DNA of 64,000 nucleotides from Collinsella aerofaciens (GTDB lineage Bacteria; Actinomycetota; Coriobacteriia; Coriobacteriales; Coriobacteriaceae): NCBI GenBank assembly GCA_048501115.1, contig DBFRZS010000024.1, positions 1,025 to 65,024 of the forward strand, read 5' to 3'. Shown piece by piece: positions 53,834 to 62,471 of this stretch (position 1 is its first letter; each line of letters starts with the position of its first letter). The notes under the pieces were generated by a model. It saw only the letters and a program-made list of their open reading frames with translations, ran no database searches and was not told where the DNA came from. The position numbers and the translations under genes were made by a program.

Positions 53834-56314
53834 ATGAGCCCGCAGGCTATCGAGGTGCGCGGCGCGCGTGTACACAACCTCAAGGACATCGATATCGACA
53901 TTCCGCTGGGAAAGCTCGCGGGCATTGCCGGCGTATCGGGTTCGGGCAAGAGTTCGCTGGCGCTGGGGGTTCTTTATGCCGAGGGCTCGCGTCGCTACTT
54001 GGAAGCACTCAGCACCTATACTCGCCGTCGTCTGACGCAGGCCGAGCACGCCCAGGTGGACGAGGTGCTGCACGTGCCGGCGGCGCTCGCGCTGCACCAG
54101 CGTCCGAGCGTGCCGGGCGTGCGCTCCACCTTTGGCACCATGACCGAGCTCAACAACAGCCTGCGTCTGCTCTTTAGCCGTTGCGCCCATCACGTGTGCC
54201 CGCATTGCGGGGCGCGTGTGGAGCCAAGCCTCAACGTAGCGGCTGGCCTGTCGCTCGCGTGTCCGACGTGCGGCCGCGAGTTCTACGCTCCGAGCGCCGA
54301 GGACCTTGCCTTTAACAGCGGCGGTGCGTGTCCTACCTGCGGCGGCACCGGCGTTATGCGCGAGGTGGACGAGGCGAGCCTGGTGCCCGACGAGTCAAAG
54401 ACCATCAACGAAGGTGCGGTGCTTCCCTGGGGTACGCTCATGTGGGATTTGATGAAGCAGGTCGCCGGCGAGATGGGTGTGCGTACCGACGTGCCGTTTA
54501 ACCAGCTCACGCCTCAAGAGCGCGACATCGTGTTCCACGGTCCGGCGGTTAAGAAGCACATTCTCTACGTTCCCAAAAACGGTGAGGGCGCCACGCCGCT
54601 CGACTTCACCTATTACAACGCCGTCTATACCGTCGAGAATGCGCTCGCCAAGGTCAAGGACGATAAGGGTTTAAAACGCGTTGCGCGCTTTTTGCGCGAG
54701 GGAGCATGCCGCGATTGCGGCGGCACGCGTCTCTCCGAGGCTGCGCGCCAGCCCCAGGTGCGCGGTATCAATCTGGCGCAAGCGGCGGCCATGACGCTGG
54801 GCGGGGCGATTGAGTGGGTGCGCGGGGTGCCCGCATCCTTGCCGCCCGAGATGCGGCCCATGGCGACGGATATCTGCGATTCGTTTTTGAGCGCGGCCCG
54901 TCGTCTGGTCGACCTGGGTCTCGATTACCTTTCACTCGATCGCGCCGGTGCCACGCTCTCCACGGGTGAGCGCCAGCGCGTACAGCTTGCTCGCGTGGTG
55001 CGCAACCGATCGACGGGCGTGCTTTATGTGCTGGACGAGCCTTCGATCGGCCTGCATCCTGCCAATGTCGACGGCCTGGTGGGCGTGATGCGCGATCTGG
55101 TGGATGACGGCAACACCGTGGTTGTTGTCGACCACGATACGCGCGTACTGGCGGAAGCCGACTATCTGGTTGAGATGGGCCCCGTTGCCGGAGCAGGCGG
55201 CGGCAATGTAATCGCCGCTGGTACGGTAGACGAGGTTGAGCAATCGCAGGACAGCCGTATCGCGCCGTTTTTGCGCGCCGAGCCCAAGCGCTTGCGTCCG
55301 CAGGTGATTGACGACGAAATGTTCGACCAGGGCCATATCCGCATGGCGACCGATGCCATCCATACCGTCAAGCCGCTCGAAGTCGATATCCCGCGCGGCC
55401 GCTTGGTCGCGGTCACGGGCGTTTCGGGTTCGGGCAAGACGACGCTCGTGCTCGAGACGCTCATTCCGGCACTCAAGGCGCAGGCAGCCGGCGAGCGCCT
55501 GCCGGGGCACGTGCGTTGGGTCGATGCCGAAGGCATTGCCCGCGCCAACCTGATTGACGCCACTCCCATCGGCGCCAACGTGCGCTCGACGGTGGCGACT
55601 TATGCCGACATCCATGACGAGCTGCGCCGCGCCTTCGCCCGTACGCCCGAGGCCAAGGCAGCCGGCTACAAGGCGGGCGCCTTTAGCTACAACACCGGCG
55701 CCTTGCGCTGCCCTACGTGTGACGGCACGGGCTCGATATCGCTCGACGTGCAGTTTTTGCCCGACGTCGAGATCGTCTGCCCGGCATGTCGCGGCTCACG
55801 TTATGCAGACGCGGCTTCGCATATCCATCGCGAGGGCAAGGACGGGAGCTTGCTTACGCTGCCGCAGCTCATGGATATGAGTGTGGACGAGGCCATCGAC
55901 GCCACGGTGGGGCTCAAGAAAGTTCAGGCACGCCTACAGACCTTGCACGACTTGGGCCTAGGCTACCTCACGCTCGGCGAGCCCACGCCGGCGCTCTCGG
56001 GCGGCGAGGCTCAGCGTCTTAAGCTCGCGAGCGAGATGAGCCGCGTGCAGGATGATGCCGTATTCGTATTCGACGAGCCTACGATCGGCCTGCATCCGCT
56101 CGATGTTCAGGTGCTATTGAACGTGTTTGATGGCCTCGTTGCCAAGGGCGCCACGGTTATCGTGATCGAACACGATCTCGACCTTATCCGTAACGCCGAT
56201 TACGTGATCGACATGGGCCCGGGCGGTGGCGACGCGGGCGGGCAAATCGTCTGCGCCGGCACGCCGGGCGACATCGCAGCTTGCTCCGCAAGCATCACCG
56301 GCCGCTACCTATAG
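53834..56314 (+). CDS. UvrA paralogue (class II-type, lacks the UvrB-binding insertion)
   Basis: MSPQAIEVRGARVHNLKDIDIDIPLGKLAGIAGVSGSGKSSLA aligns to the UvrA N-terminus. Two ABC modules (GVSGSGKSS / GVSGSGKTT; LSTGERQR / LSGGEAQR) and Zn modules CPHC...CPTC, CPTCGGTG, CPTCDG...CPAC. ~826 aa versus ~940 aa for canonical UvrA. Confidence 0.85.
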   Translation: MSPQAIEVRGARVHNLKDIDIDIPLGKLAGIAGVSGSGKSSLALGVLYAEGSRRYLEALSTYTRRRLTQAEHAQVDEVLHVPAALALHQRPSVPGVRSTFGTMTELNNSLRLLFSRCAHHVCPHCGARVEPSLNVAAGLSLACPTCGREFYAPSAEDLAFNSGGACPTCGGTGVMREVDEASLVPDESKTINEGAVLPWGTLMWDLMKQVAGEMGVRTDVPFNQLTPQERDIVFHGPAVKKHILYVPKNGEGATPLDFTYYNAVYTVENALAKVKDDKGLKRVARFLREGACRDCGGTRLSEAARQPQVRGINLAQAAAMTLGGAIEWVRGVPASLPPEMRPMATDICDSFLSAARRLVDLGLDYLSLDRAGATLSTGERQRVQLARVVRNRSTGVLYVLDEPSIGLHPANVDGLVGVMRDLVDDGNTVVVVDHDTRVLAEADYLVEMGPVAGAGGGNVIAAGTVDEVEQSQDSRIAPFLRAEPKRLRPQVIDDEMFDQGHIRMATDAIHTVKPLEVDIPRGRLVAVTGVSGSGKTTLVLETLIPALKAQAAGERLPGHVRWVDAEGIARANLIDATPIGANVRSTVATYADIHDELRRAFARTPEAKAAGYKAGAFSYNTGALRCPTCDGTGSISLDVQFLPDVEIVCPACRGSRYADAASHIHREGKDGSLLTLPQLMDMSVDEAIDATVGLKKVQARLQTLHDLGLGYLTLGEPTPALSGGEAQRLKLASEMSRVQDDAVFVFDEPTIGLHPLDVQVLLNVFDGLVAKGATVIVIEHDLDLIRNADYVIDMGPGGGDAGGQIVCAGTPGDIAACSASITGRYL

Positions 56315-56316
56315 AC

Positions 56317-56349
56317 AATGAGGCAAAGGGACAGCCCCTTTGCCTCATT
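56317..56349. repeat. REP-like hairpin AATGAGGCAAAGGG-ACAGC-CCCTTTGCCTCATT (bidirectional terminator)
   Basis: Perfect 14-bp stem between convergent genes. Shares the AAAGGGACAGCCCCTTT core with 57573-57607 and 32893-32906. Confidence 0.75.
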
Positions 56350-56354
56350 GATGC

Positions 56355-57455
56355 CTATTTCACGCATTGAGCCGCGAGATAGTCGCGGAAGAATGGCAAT
56401 TCAAATGCGACGAGCCCTCGTCCTCGTTCCCCGATGATGCCGGCATCTATCATGCGGCGTCGGTAGCGGGAGACCTGCTGCGGCGAACGCTTAAGGCGCT
56501 CGACAAGGTCAGCGGTGGTGGACTCTTCCTCGTCATCGAGCATGGCGATGAGGAATCGCTTGTCCTCTGCAGTGAGTTCCCGATAGGTTGCCGCGAGGAT
56601 TCGGTCGTCCATCTCGTCGCGCGCGATTTTGATTCCCAGGTCAAAGTCGCGTGACGAGATCTCCTTCGAATCGCTTGTGAGATCCCAGGCACGGTAGCCT
56701 ACGAGTTGCAATAGGAAGGGAAAACCAGAGATCGAGCGAACGGCTCTATCGATTCCCTCAGCATCTGCCAGGCGATCGTTTTCCTGGATTGTGCGAATCA
56801 AGGCCTCGCGCACGTCATAGTCGGCAATGCGACCCAGATGATATTGTTGGGCGCGGCGAAGGAACGAGACCGTCTTGTGGTTCAGTAGCGTCGATACGTT
56901 GTTGGGAAGTCCCGCCATGAGCAGGGCGACGCGTTTCCCATCGGTCACAAAGTGTTGATACGACGCTGCGAGCTGAATCATCTCGTCGAGTGTCGGGTCC
57001 ACCTCGTCAACCGTGACGAGCAGACCGGTGCCCGCCTCGTTGAGCTGGTCGATGATGTCGCTCATGCGATAACGCCAGGTTGAGGCATCGTGAACGCGAT
57101 TGACCTCGATGCTGCCGAGCGGTGCAATTCCGAGACCGGTGACTTCGAAGTACTTAGACGGGTCAATAAGATGGCCGGCAGCACGTTTCGCCCCGAACTC
57201 GATTTCCTCAAGCATTCCCGGGAGCGCGGTTGTCTTTACGGCAATCCAGCCGTGGGATTCCGCCCTTGTCGCGAGCGACGACATGAGAGCGGTTTTACCG
57301 GTTCCACGCGCGCCTGAGAAGATCGAGGTCAATTCTGGGCGCCTGCGCTGGCTCAAGAAGGCACGGTCCAAATCCCGAATAATCTGTTGTCTGCCAGCGA
57401 GATGGGCAGGAACCTCGCCAAAGCTAGGGGTAAACGGGTTTTCGAGGTATTCCAC
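56355..57455 (-). CDS. AAA-type ATP-binding protein with C-terminal winged-helix domain (paralogue 3 of 3)
   Basis: GTG start after GAAAGGAGAG. MEYLENPFTPSFGEVPAHLAGR..., GARGTGKT, LLVTVDEV. By eye about half of the positions are identical to paralogue 1. Confidence 0.85.
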   Translation of the reverse strand: MEYLENPFTPSFGEVPAHLAGRQQIIRDLDRAFLSQRRRPELTSIFSGARGTGKTALMSSLATRAESHGWIAVKTTALPGMLEEIEFGAKRAAGHLIDPSKYFEVTGLGIAPLGSIEVNRVHDASTWRYRMSDIIDQLNEAGTGLLVTVDEVDPTLDEMIQLAASYQHFVTDGKRVALLMAGLPNNVSTLLNHKTVSFLRRAQQYHLGRIADYDVREALIRTIQENDRLADAEGIDRAVRSISGFPFLLQLVGYRAWDLTSDSKEISSRDFDLGIKIARDEMDDRILAATYRELTAEDKRFLIAMLDDEEESTTADLVERLKRSPQQVSRYRRRMIDAGIIGERGRGLVAFELPFFRDYLAAQCVK

Positions 57456-57572
57456 AATGCTCTCCTTTCACACCGCCGTTTAACTTCATTTTACTTTAGT
57501 TAATTCTGATTAAAAGTGAGGGCTCTCTATCTAGAGCATCAATTAGGCGTGTGTGCCGTCGGCGTGGCGCTC

Positions 57573-57607
57573 GAATGTGACAAAGGGACAGCCCCTTTGT
57601 CACATTC
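57573..57607. repeat. REP-like hairpin GAATGTGACAAAGGG-ACAGC-CCCTTTGTCACATTC overlapping the trmL stop codon
   Basis: Perfect 15-bp stem. Same core as 56317-56349. Confidence 0.75.
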
Positions 57608-58199
57608 CCGGAAAGCCTGTTTGGCGCAGGGCTTCGTAGAGGACGATGGCGGCGCTGTTGGAGAGGTTGAGTGCGCTGATGCGGTAGTCGTCCGGGTTGA
57701 CGAAGTTGCCGCAGATGTCCTGTTGAAGGATGGCCTCATGGCTGTCCTCGGTATGCCCCAGCGATTCCTCGTGAGCTTCCCAAGCCTCGGCGTTATCGAG
57801 TGAGTCGCAATCGCGCAGCATGGGGATGCGCTCGCAACGCTCGGGCGCCGCGGCAAGCAGTGGCTCGGGAATGCCCGAGCTCTCGCTGCCAAAGACCAAA
57901 AAGTCGCCGTCGCGGTAGGTGCTTTGCGCATAGGTACGGCGCGCCTTTTTGGTCAGCAAGTGCAGGCGCTTGTCGGCGGGGGAGAGATCGTTGCGCGCAA
58001 GGAAATCCTCCCAGCCGGCATAGGTGGTCACGTCCAAGTTTTGCCAGTAGCCCAGGCCGGCGCGACGCACCGTCTTGTCGTCGAGCGAAAAGCCCAGTGG
58101 CTCCACCAGATGTAGGCGGGCGCCGGTAACCACGCAGGTGCGGCCGATATTGCCCGTATTGGCCGGAATCTCGGGCGCATACAGCACAATGTTGAACAT
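57600..58199 (-). CDS. trmL: tRNA (cytidine/uridine(34)-2'-O)-methyltransferase TrmL with an internal ~45-aa acidic insertion
   Basis: MFNIVLYAPEIPANTGNIGRTCVVTGARLHLVEPLGF... and ...ALNLSNSAAIVLYEALRQ align to E. coli TrmL. Start at ATG 58197-58199. The upstream part of the ORF-track frame was rejected. Confidence 0.85.
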   Translation of the reverse strand: MFNIVLYAPEIPANTGNIGRTCVVTGARLHLVEPLGFSLDDKTVRRAGLGYWQNLDVTTYAGWEDFLARNDLSPADKRLHLLTKKARRTYAQSTYRDGDFLVFGSESSGIPEPLLAAAPERCERIPMLRDCDSLDNAEAWEAHEESLGHTEDSHEAILQQDICGNFVNPDDYRISALNLSNSAAIVLYEALRQTGFPGM

Positions 58200-58294
58200 G
58201 AATCTCCTTGGCATAGAACGAAAAACCACCACGAAGGGCACCTTCGTGGTGGTTTGGCGGTTACGTAGGCGGACAAATGCCCGCTTGGATAAAC

Positions 58295-59425
58295 CTAGGC
58301 GCGGTGCCAGTCGGTCAGGCAGGCATCGAGGGAGGCGATGAGCGCATCCTTGTCCATGTGACGGCCGATGATGCACAGGCTCGTCATGCGGTCGCCCGTC
58401 TCGTCGTTCCAAATCTGCATGATCTCGGGGTTCTCGTCGATGATCTTCTGCTTCTCGCCCTCGGGCGCCGAGTCGACAAACAGGCCGTTCTCCATCAGGC
58501 GCATCTGGTGGCCGGCCTGCTCAAACATGTAGCACATGTCCGGATTGCCGGTCTGCCACAGCGGACCCTTGACGCGAATGACCTCGTCGGGCCACTCCTG
58601 CTCAACAAAATCGGTGAACTTCTGCAGGTCAAACGGCTTGCGGCGCGAGTACACAAAAGTCTCGATGTCGTACTCGAGCACCTCGGGGTCGTCGTGCTCC
58701 TCGGGATGCTCCATGGCCTCGATCCAGGCGGCGGAGTTGTAGGCGCGCATAAAGTCGAAGCGGTCGGTGTCGAGCAGCTCCTCCATGGGGACCTCGCCGT
58801 TTTGGGCCTCGACGATCACGGCGTCTTTCTGCAGGCTGCGCACGATGGCCTTAAGCTCGGCGATCTGCTCAGGGCTCACGGTATCGGTCTTGTTGAGGAT
58901 CAGCGTGGAGCAGAACTCGATCTGCTGGATGAGCAGGCTCTCGATGTCGTCCTCGTCGATATCCTCGGCCAGCAGGTCGCGACCGCCGTTGAACTCGTCG
59001 TACATGCGGGCGCAGTCGACCACGGCCACGATGTTGTCGAGCGCGAGCTTGGGCTCGCCGCCCACCTTGGCCTCGTCGCAGAAGCTCGAGATGGTGTAGG
59101 CGATGGGGATGGGCTCGCAAATGCCCGAGGCCTCGATGATGATGTAGTCGAAGTTGCCCGAATCGGCGATGCCCTGCAGCTGGTTGGCAAGGTCGTCCGA
59201 AAGCGTGCAGCAGATGCAGCCGTTGGTGAGCGGGATGAGGTCGTCGGTTTCGGAAAGACCGCCGTCGGCGATAAGGCTGGCGTCGACATTGATCTCGCCG
59301 ATGTCGTTGACGATCACGGCGGCGCGGATGCCGCCGTCGTTAGCGAGGATGTGGTTGAGCAGCGTGGTCTTGCCGGCACCGAGGTATCCGGTAAGCATGA
59401 TGATCTTCACGGGTTTGTTGGGCAT
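58295..59425 (-). CDS. CobW/COG0523-family GTPase (metal chaperone)
   Basis: GYLGAGKTTLLNHIL (P-loop), GCICCTL (CxCC metal motif), C-terminal CobW_C-like region. Start at the second ATG, after AAAGGAGGG. Confidence 0.85.
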   Translation of the reverse strand: MPNKPVKIIMLTGYLGAGKTTLLNHILANDGGIRAAVIVNDIGEINVDASLIADGGLSETDDLIPLTNGCICCTLSDDLANQLQGIADSGNFDYIIIEASGICEPIPIAYTISSFCDEAKVGGEPKLALDNIVAVVDCARMYDEFNGGRDLLAEDIDEDDIESLLIQQIEFCSTLILNKTDTVSPEQIAELKAIVRSLQKDAVIVEAQNGEVPMEELLDTDRFDFMRAYNSAAWIEAMEHPEEHDDPEVLEYDIETFVYSRRKPFDLQKFTDFVEQEWPDEVIRVKGPLWQTGNPDMCYMFEQAGHQMRLMENGLFVDSAPEGEKQKIIDENPEIMQIWNDETGDRMTSLCIIGRHMDKDALIASLDACLTDWHRA

Positions 59426-59511
59426 GTGCCCTCCTTTGTTAGACATGGCTTACAGTTGAATCTTATGCCAAACGCCTGCTCTTATACCCACGCGCCGGTA
59501 AATTACACAGG

Positions 59512-59853
59512 CTACTCCCAGGCTCCCCACACGTCCGGGCAATAGCCGACGGTTGCCTTCTTGCCGTTGCGCACGATGGGCTCGGCCAGGACCTGCTGAT
59601 TCTCGAGCAACTTATCGAAGCGCTGACTGGGGGTAAGGTGCTGGATGAGCGCGAGCGTCTCCTCGTCCTTGGCTTTGGGGTTGAGTAGCTTGTCGATGCC
59701 GCCGACCGCCTGCATCACACTCGTGAGCTCGCCCTTGCTCATCTCCTTTTCTTTAAGGTCAATAAACTGCACTTTAATGCGGCGCTCCTTAAAATAGCGC
59801 TGCGCCTTTTTGGTGTCGAACGACTTTTTGGTGCCGAAGATTTGTACGTTCAT
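59512..59853 (-). CDS. ArsC/Spx-family (YffB-like) thioredoxin-fold protein
   Basis: MNVQIFGTKKSFDTKKAQRYFKERRIKVQFIDL...NGKKATVGY, 113 aa. The long N-terminal extension in the ORF track was rejected. Confidence 0.75.
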   Translation of the reverse strand: MNVQIFGTKKSFDTKKAQRYFKERRIKVQFIDLKEKEMSKGELTSVMQAVGGIDKLLNPKAKDEETLALIQHLTPSQRFDKLLENQQVLAEPIVRNGKKATVGYCPDVWGAWE

Positions 59854-59869
59854 AGTATATTCCGCCGTT

Positions 59870-60493
59870 CTACCTGATGAAGTTGGTGCGCTCGCGATCG
59901 GCTTCGGGGGCTTCGATGCCGGCAGCCTTGCCTGCCTCGATGCAATGCAAGAGCCAGGCCATGTTCTTGCCGATGTTTCGCATGGTGGCCAGACCCTCGG
60001 CATCCTGGGCAGCCTCGCCCGGCGCAGCGCCAAAGACGTTGTTCCAGTAGGTGGAGGCGACCACGGGCATCTGGTTGATGGTGAAGTACTTGTTGAGTAC
60101 GTCGAAGGTGGTCGACGTGCCGCCGCGACGGGCAACGGCGACGGCAGCGCCCGGCTTGTATGCAAAGGCTTTGCTGCCGGCATAGAATGCGCGATCGAGT
60201 GCCGAGAGAATGCGTCCGCTGGGGTGCGCATAGTAGACGGGTGAGCCAAAGACGAAGCCATCTGCCTGCTCGGCGGCAGCGATGAGCTCGTTCACCACGT
60301 CATCGTCAAAGGTGCAGCGACCGCCAAGCTTGCCGCACTGGCCGCAACCGATGCAATCGCGAATGGGCTTGGCGCCCAGCTGAAACACCTCGGTATCAAT
60401 ACCTTCGGCATTGAGCTGCTCGGCGATCTCGGCGAGTGCGCGGGCGGTGTTGCCGTTTGCCTTGGGGCTGCCATTGACCAAAAGAACCTTCAT
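59870..60493 (-). CDS. Flavodoxin-family NAD(P)H-dependent FMN oxidoreductase (iron-sulfur flavoprotein-like)
   Basis: MKVLLVNGSPKANGNT..., DCIGCGQCGKLGGRC, GSPVYYAHPSG. ATG 60491-60493 after GAGGGAG. Confidence 0.85.
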   Translation of the reverse strand: MKVLLVNGSPKANGNTARALAEIAEQLNAEGIDTEVFQLGAKPIRDCIGCGQCGKLGGRCTFDDDVVNELIAAAEQADGFVFGSPVYYAHPSGRILSALDRAFYAGSKAFAYKPGAAVAVARRGGTSTTFDVLNKYFTINQMPVVASTYWNNVFGAAPGEAAQDAEGLATMRNIGKNMAWLLHCIEAGKAAGIEAPEADRERTNFIR

Positions 60494-60749
60494 CACAAAC
60501 TCCCTCTGCTGTCGGTGACTTCTGCGGAGGATTATCGCACGAGAGGGCAGATGGCGTGGTGCGCGATTCCAGCGACCGCCCATCATACGCCCCGTCTCGA
60601 TCGGTAGCTTCATCCGAGGGCCAACGGCGGGCTCGCTCACCAGGTACGAGAGGGACACGGTCCAGAGGATGTTGGAGCGCGGGGCCTCATGCAAGCCGAT
60701 TGTGAGGAGTCTGGGCAGGTCGCCTTCGATGGCGAACTCTGAGGTCTTA

Positions 60750-61088
60750 GAAGGCGGGCTGCTGTGCGGCTTGAGGAACGATCTCGGCGGGCAGGAAGTG
60801 GCGGCGTGGCAGAACTGGCAGTTCGACAAATACGGAGATCGAAAACTCCGCAGAGGTTTCGCCGGAGGCCAATTGCTTTTCACGCTGCCGTCGCTTGCGG
60901 GTGTTTTCAAGCGGGTGAAGCTAGCGGGTCGTCGACACCTTCATGTCCCGCACGATGTAGTTCATAGTGCGGTAAATTTGCATGCGCAGTTTTATCGCGC
61001 AGATGAATTCATGATAGGTGAATCTGATCTGTGCCCCCGTCCTGCGGTATGTGACGTAGTCCGGCCTCGCCCCGTTTATATTTCGACC
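60750..61088 (-). pseudogene. Possible decayed ORF with an in-frame TAG (60921-60923) at the island junction
   Basis: One minus-strand frame reads ...RPDYVTYRRTGAQIRFTYHEFICAIKLRMQIYRTMNYIVRDMKVSTTR*LHPLENTRKRRQREKQLASGETSAEFSISVFVELPVLPRRHF.... It looks protein-like on both sides of the stop, has no start codon and no family assignment. Confidence 0.2.
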
Positions 61089-61463
61089 TTAAGGCGAGTG
61101 CCGCATGTTTAAAACGTATTGGGAATACGTTTGCAAAAGAGCAAGCCAAAGGGTACAAATTCTCCTATTTCTTTCATATCGTCCTTTTTCTTTAAACAGA
61201 CAAAGATAAGGCGAAAGATTGTCCTATAATAAAAACATCAAATTGAGTTTTAATGTGGGCTTATATAACGGTTTTCATGATTGGGGAATCTGCCATCCAC
61301 TTTAGGTCCGAGGAAGCCGCCAATGTCTTTAATTTGTAGGACTCAAACTTACAGCTTTTGAATCCATTACATACTCATTACAGATAATTAGAAATAAACG
61401 AGAATTGCTAGGTCCATAACTGCAATTAAGTATTTCGTAAGCACGAAAGAGAGCGGATTGTAT

Positions 61464-62471
61464 ATGAATTATCTTAGCTCGGCCTCAGTTGATGTGACCT
61501 ATCGATGCAATTTGCGATGTCGGCATTGTTTTGATTTCGGCGGGGAATGTGCCTATGAGGAAATGAATGATGACGAACTGATCAGCGTTTTTCGACAGCT
61601 TGCCTTGATTGATCTTTCGTCGATTTGCATTTGTGGCGGAGAGCCCATTCTTAGGTTTGATTTGATTCGTCGCGCCGTGAGGTTAGTTAAGGAGCTTAAT
61701 CAAGGCACTCTCGTGTCAATGGTCAGCAATGGCATTCTTTGGACAGAAGAAATTGCTGACGCCCTAAAAAGAGATGGACTGGATTTAGTGCAGTTTAGCC
61801 TCGATGGGCTTTCAGATGCGTCTTATGACCATGTGAGGTTGAGTAACGGTAAGCTCCATCGAGTACTGGATGCGATTAAGATCGCACGAAGACACGGAAT
61901 AAGGGTCGCAGTTGCTTCTCTCCCCCATGCTAGGAATATAAAGGAATACCCTTCAATAATAAGTTTTTGTGAAAAAGAAGGTGTAAGTTTTTTTAGAGCA
62001 CAGCCTTTGATGCCGCTCGGACGAGGTGAGCTGAATTATAAGGATCTGTGCCTAACGCCCGAGCAAAATGATGCGCTTGCTGCATATTTGAGCGCGCGCA
62101 ATGCTGTTTCTCAAATGCAGATTACCTGGGGTGACCCCGTAGATCATTTGTATATGTATAGGGAGACAGGGAGAATTCCGCAAATATGCGTCAATGCGTA
62201 TGGGGAGCTCTCGGTGTCTCCTTACCTGCCGATTACCATTTGGAATCTAAATCGAAATACTCTGCGGGACTATATTGATCTCGAAATAGATAGATATGCG
62301 TTACGGCACCCAATTGTCGAGAAGTGCCTAGCTCGTATAGAGGAGCTTTCGGACTTCACAAGTATCCAACAGGGGCTTCCTGTTCTTTTCAAAGAAAGGA
62401 ACATAGATATATCTCAAGAATTGGAGGATGCTGCACGTGTGCACGGGGGTAAGTTGCGTAAAAGCAGTTAG
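61464..62471 (+). CDS. Radical SAM enzyme (PqqE/SPASM-like core; auxiliary-cluster cysteines largely absent)
   Basis: CNLRCRHC (CX3CX2C), CGGEPIL, FSLDG, PLGRG. The C-terminal region keeps the spacing of a SPASM/twitch domain (ICVNAYGELSVSPYLPITIWNL) but has no CX2CX5CX3C. ATG 61464 (TTG 61458 in the ORF track). Low-GC codon usage. Confidence 0.85.
   Translation: MNYLSSASVDVTYRCNLRCRHCFDFGGECAYEEMNDDELISVFRQLALIDLSSICICGGEPILRFDLIRRAVRLVKELNQGTLVSMVSNGILWTEEIADALKRDGLDLVQFSLDGLSDASYDHVRLSNGKLHRVLDAIKIARRHGIRVAVASLPHARNIKEYPSIISFCEKEGVSFFRAQPLMPLGRGELNYKDLCLTPEQNDALAAYLSARNAVSQMQITWGDPVDHLYMYRETGRIPQICVNAYGELSVSPYLPITIWNLNRNTLRDYIDLEIDRYALRHPIVEKCLARIEELSDFTSIQQGLPVLFKERNIDISQELEDAARVHGGKLRKSS

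Noticed and set aside
57600-60910. N-terminal extensions of the ORF-track frames 57600-58412, 59512-60261 and 59870-60910.
   Set aside because: Homology to TrmL, ArsC-family and flavodoxin proteins begins at internal ATGs preceded by good RBSs. The extensions are Pro/Arg/Ser-rich and run through neighbouring genes or intergenic DNA.
60669-61112. 147-aa plus-strand ORF at the island junction.
   Set aside because: It has no motifs and an arbitrary composition. It overlaps the more protein-like, though broken, minus-strand frame, and it has no RBS.
61253-61339. 28-codon ORF (MWAYITVFMIGESAIHFRSEEAANVFNL) in the AT-rich leader, considered as a second precursor peptide.
   Set aside because: No RBS, no resemblance to the 66-aa peptide, and it sits in a probable promoter region. 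Most likely a chance ORF.
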